DNA of 64,000 bases from Laetmonice hystrix. Its lineage: Eukaryota. Numbering within the stretch: position 1 is the stretch's first letter; every line of letters starts with the position of its first letter. The stretch spans positions 36,024,001 to 36,088,000 of the forward strand of contig OZ249436.1 of assembly GCA_965235115.1 (NCBI GenBank), written 5' to 3'. The notes beneath the pieces are model-generated. The model was not told the origin of the DNA and made no database searches. It saw only the letters and a program-made list of their open reading frames with translations. This document shows, piece by piece, positions 62,453 through 64,000 of the stretch. The translations under genes and the position numbers were made by a program.

Positions 62453-64000
62453 CTTTCCCCTGCGTAACCTAAAGAACACATTTGTACGACCCTATATATG
62501 GGGCCTACACCCGTCACTCGCTATTAACTGATGCGTGGCGTAGCTCGGGATTTCCACCAGTAAACCAGCAATAACTCATGTGTGTCCGGGTGTCTGTGAT
62601 ATTGATGATCTATCGATGATTCTACTTGTAGATCAATGACCCTCGATATTAATCATTGTAACACGGACTGAGGCCTACCCCTGGAACAATCGCCCGACTC
62701 CACAGGTTGGGTCTGAACTGGACCTGGCGGCATTCCAGCACCAACCACACCAAATCGATAAGTCAACTTTACACGCTGTACTTTTTCTGAGTACCTTCTG
62801 TGAGTATCTAACTGGGGGTCATCATTATGTAATGTTTAAATGAAGTGTGCCCAAGTGTGCCATGGTCATCCCGTCATATAAAGCAATTAAAAAATGGCAA
62901 GGCCCGACAGTACTTTTTAATCAACTCATTTTATCCTAGCTCGGTCACCTCCAATACAGGTAATTAAAGCCACTGCACACAACTACATCAAAACAATCTT
63001 CATGACGAGTAAAGAATATCCACTGGTACACACTAATAGGATTCTCCTGACCTATTCATTTAAAATCATCACCAGTAGCCAGTATATCATTGCCTTACAA
63101 CGGATACTGTTACCAATATGAAATCTGATTCAGATTCATGTGGCGGAGGGCACGATATTAGCAGGTACATCATTTCCCTGACAACTTTATTGGCGGCAGA
63201 AAAAAGTAATACATTACCTGTCCATTCTCATCTTCCTCATCTATGGTATCCAGAGCTGCTGTAATATCCAAAAATGTGCCATACATCGACATGATGCTAG
63301 CTGTACGCTTGGTCGAGATGGTCGACTTAAAGGTAAACTCCCGTATCTCGGTCCTCACAATACAATATGTACCCACAAGGATCCTTGATCCACACTCTCG
63401 TACGGTCAAGAATGAGGACCTGCCACACACGGACAACACAGGTGTTTACACAGGACAAATATTTTGTACCGCACAAAAACAATCTCCGCTGTGCAGCGAT
63501 TTAATCCTGACGAAACTGGCCCACATAATTCAATCTCCGCGGTTTGGACAAATGTGAAATCCCAGATACGTTTGTGTGATTGCGGGTGTGACTTTTTGGG
63601 TCGCCTTTACGGGGGAGTCTTCATCCCCATATCCACGACATGTAGTACCAATCTTGGCGTCTGTTCGGTGACAGTGAGCCAGATGTGAGGCTGGTTGTCG
63701 GGCGGCGCCGCTACATCTCCTGTCTTCATCAATCACAAATAAAGCTGTGATGTCGAGTTGGTCTGGTCGCCGTGGCTACTCGACCGTGTAGAGTTGACCA
63801 TCCGACCCGCCCGTCCCCGGGCTGATCAAAGTAAAGACGCACCACCAAAGGCAATCAGTAGCCCTTGGCCTCTTCCAGCTGGTTGCACCTTAAAATATCA
63901 TGCGGACACTTCTAGCATAGTGCAAGTGGGAGGGGGCGTGTTGGCTTCAGTGGCACACTAGAGTACACATGGACACGCTATCCTTCAGTTGAGCTGCAAG

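Noticed and set aside
63170..63740. Coding-like block with FLDITAALDTID (RT-like) and a CAG|GTAAT donor
   Set aside because: Single motif, in-frame stops upstream and no neighbouring RT motifs; cannot assign.

Overview
Non-genic-rich eukaryotic DNA, most likely from a marine invertebrate (lophotrochozoan inferred from a tRNA-derived Meta-type SINE with an (ACTC)n tail; the species cannot be determined). There is no operon-like gene density, and almost all ORFs in the supplied track look spurious or are read-throughs of tandem repeats. One plausible real gene start lies on the minus strand: a first coding exon at 26880-26416 with a uORF-bearing leader. Its later exons were not identified. The rest is a transposon graveyard: non-autonomous DNA transposons with readable TIRs/TSDs, decayed Tc1/mariner, LINE and Gypsy coding remnants, a few decayed host-gene-like fragments and several minisatellite arrays. 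The most striking structure is a four-level nest at 44647-47914. A Harbinger-like MITE holds a young non-autonomous element with 236-bp TIRs starting CACTGTG and a 5-bp TSD (Transib/RAG-transposon-like ends). That element holds a Ginger-like TGT...ACA element with a 4-bp TSD, which in turn holds a G-rich 24-bp minisatellite. A second nest is a 69-bp satellite interrupted by an 8-bp-TSD hAT MITE, itself interrupted by a 5-bp-TSD hAT MITE (56131-58303). All family assignments come from reading motifs by eye; no database search was run.
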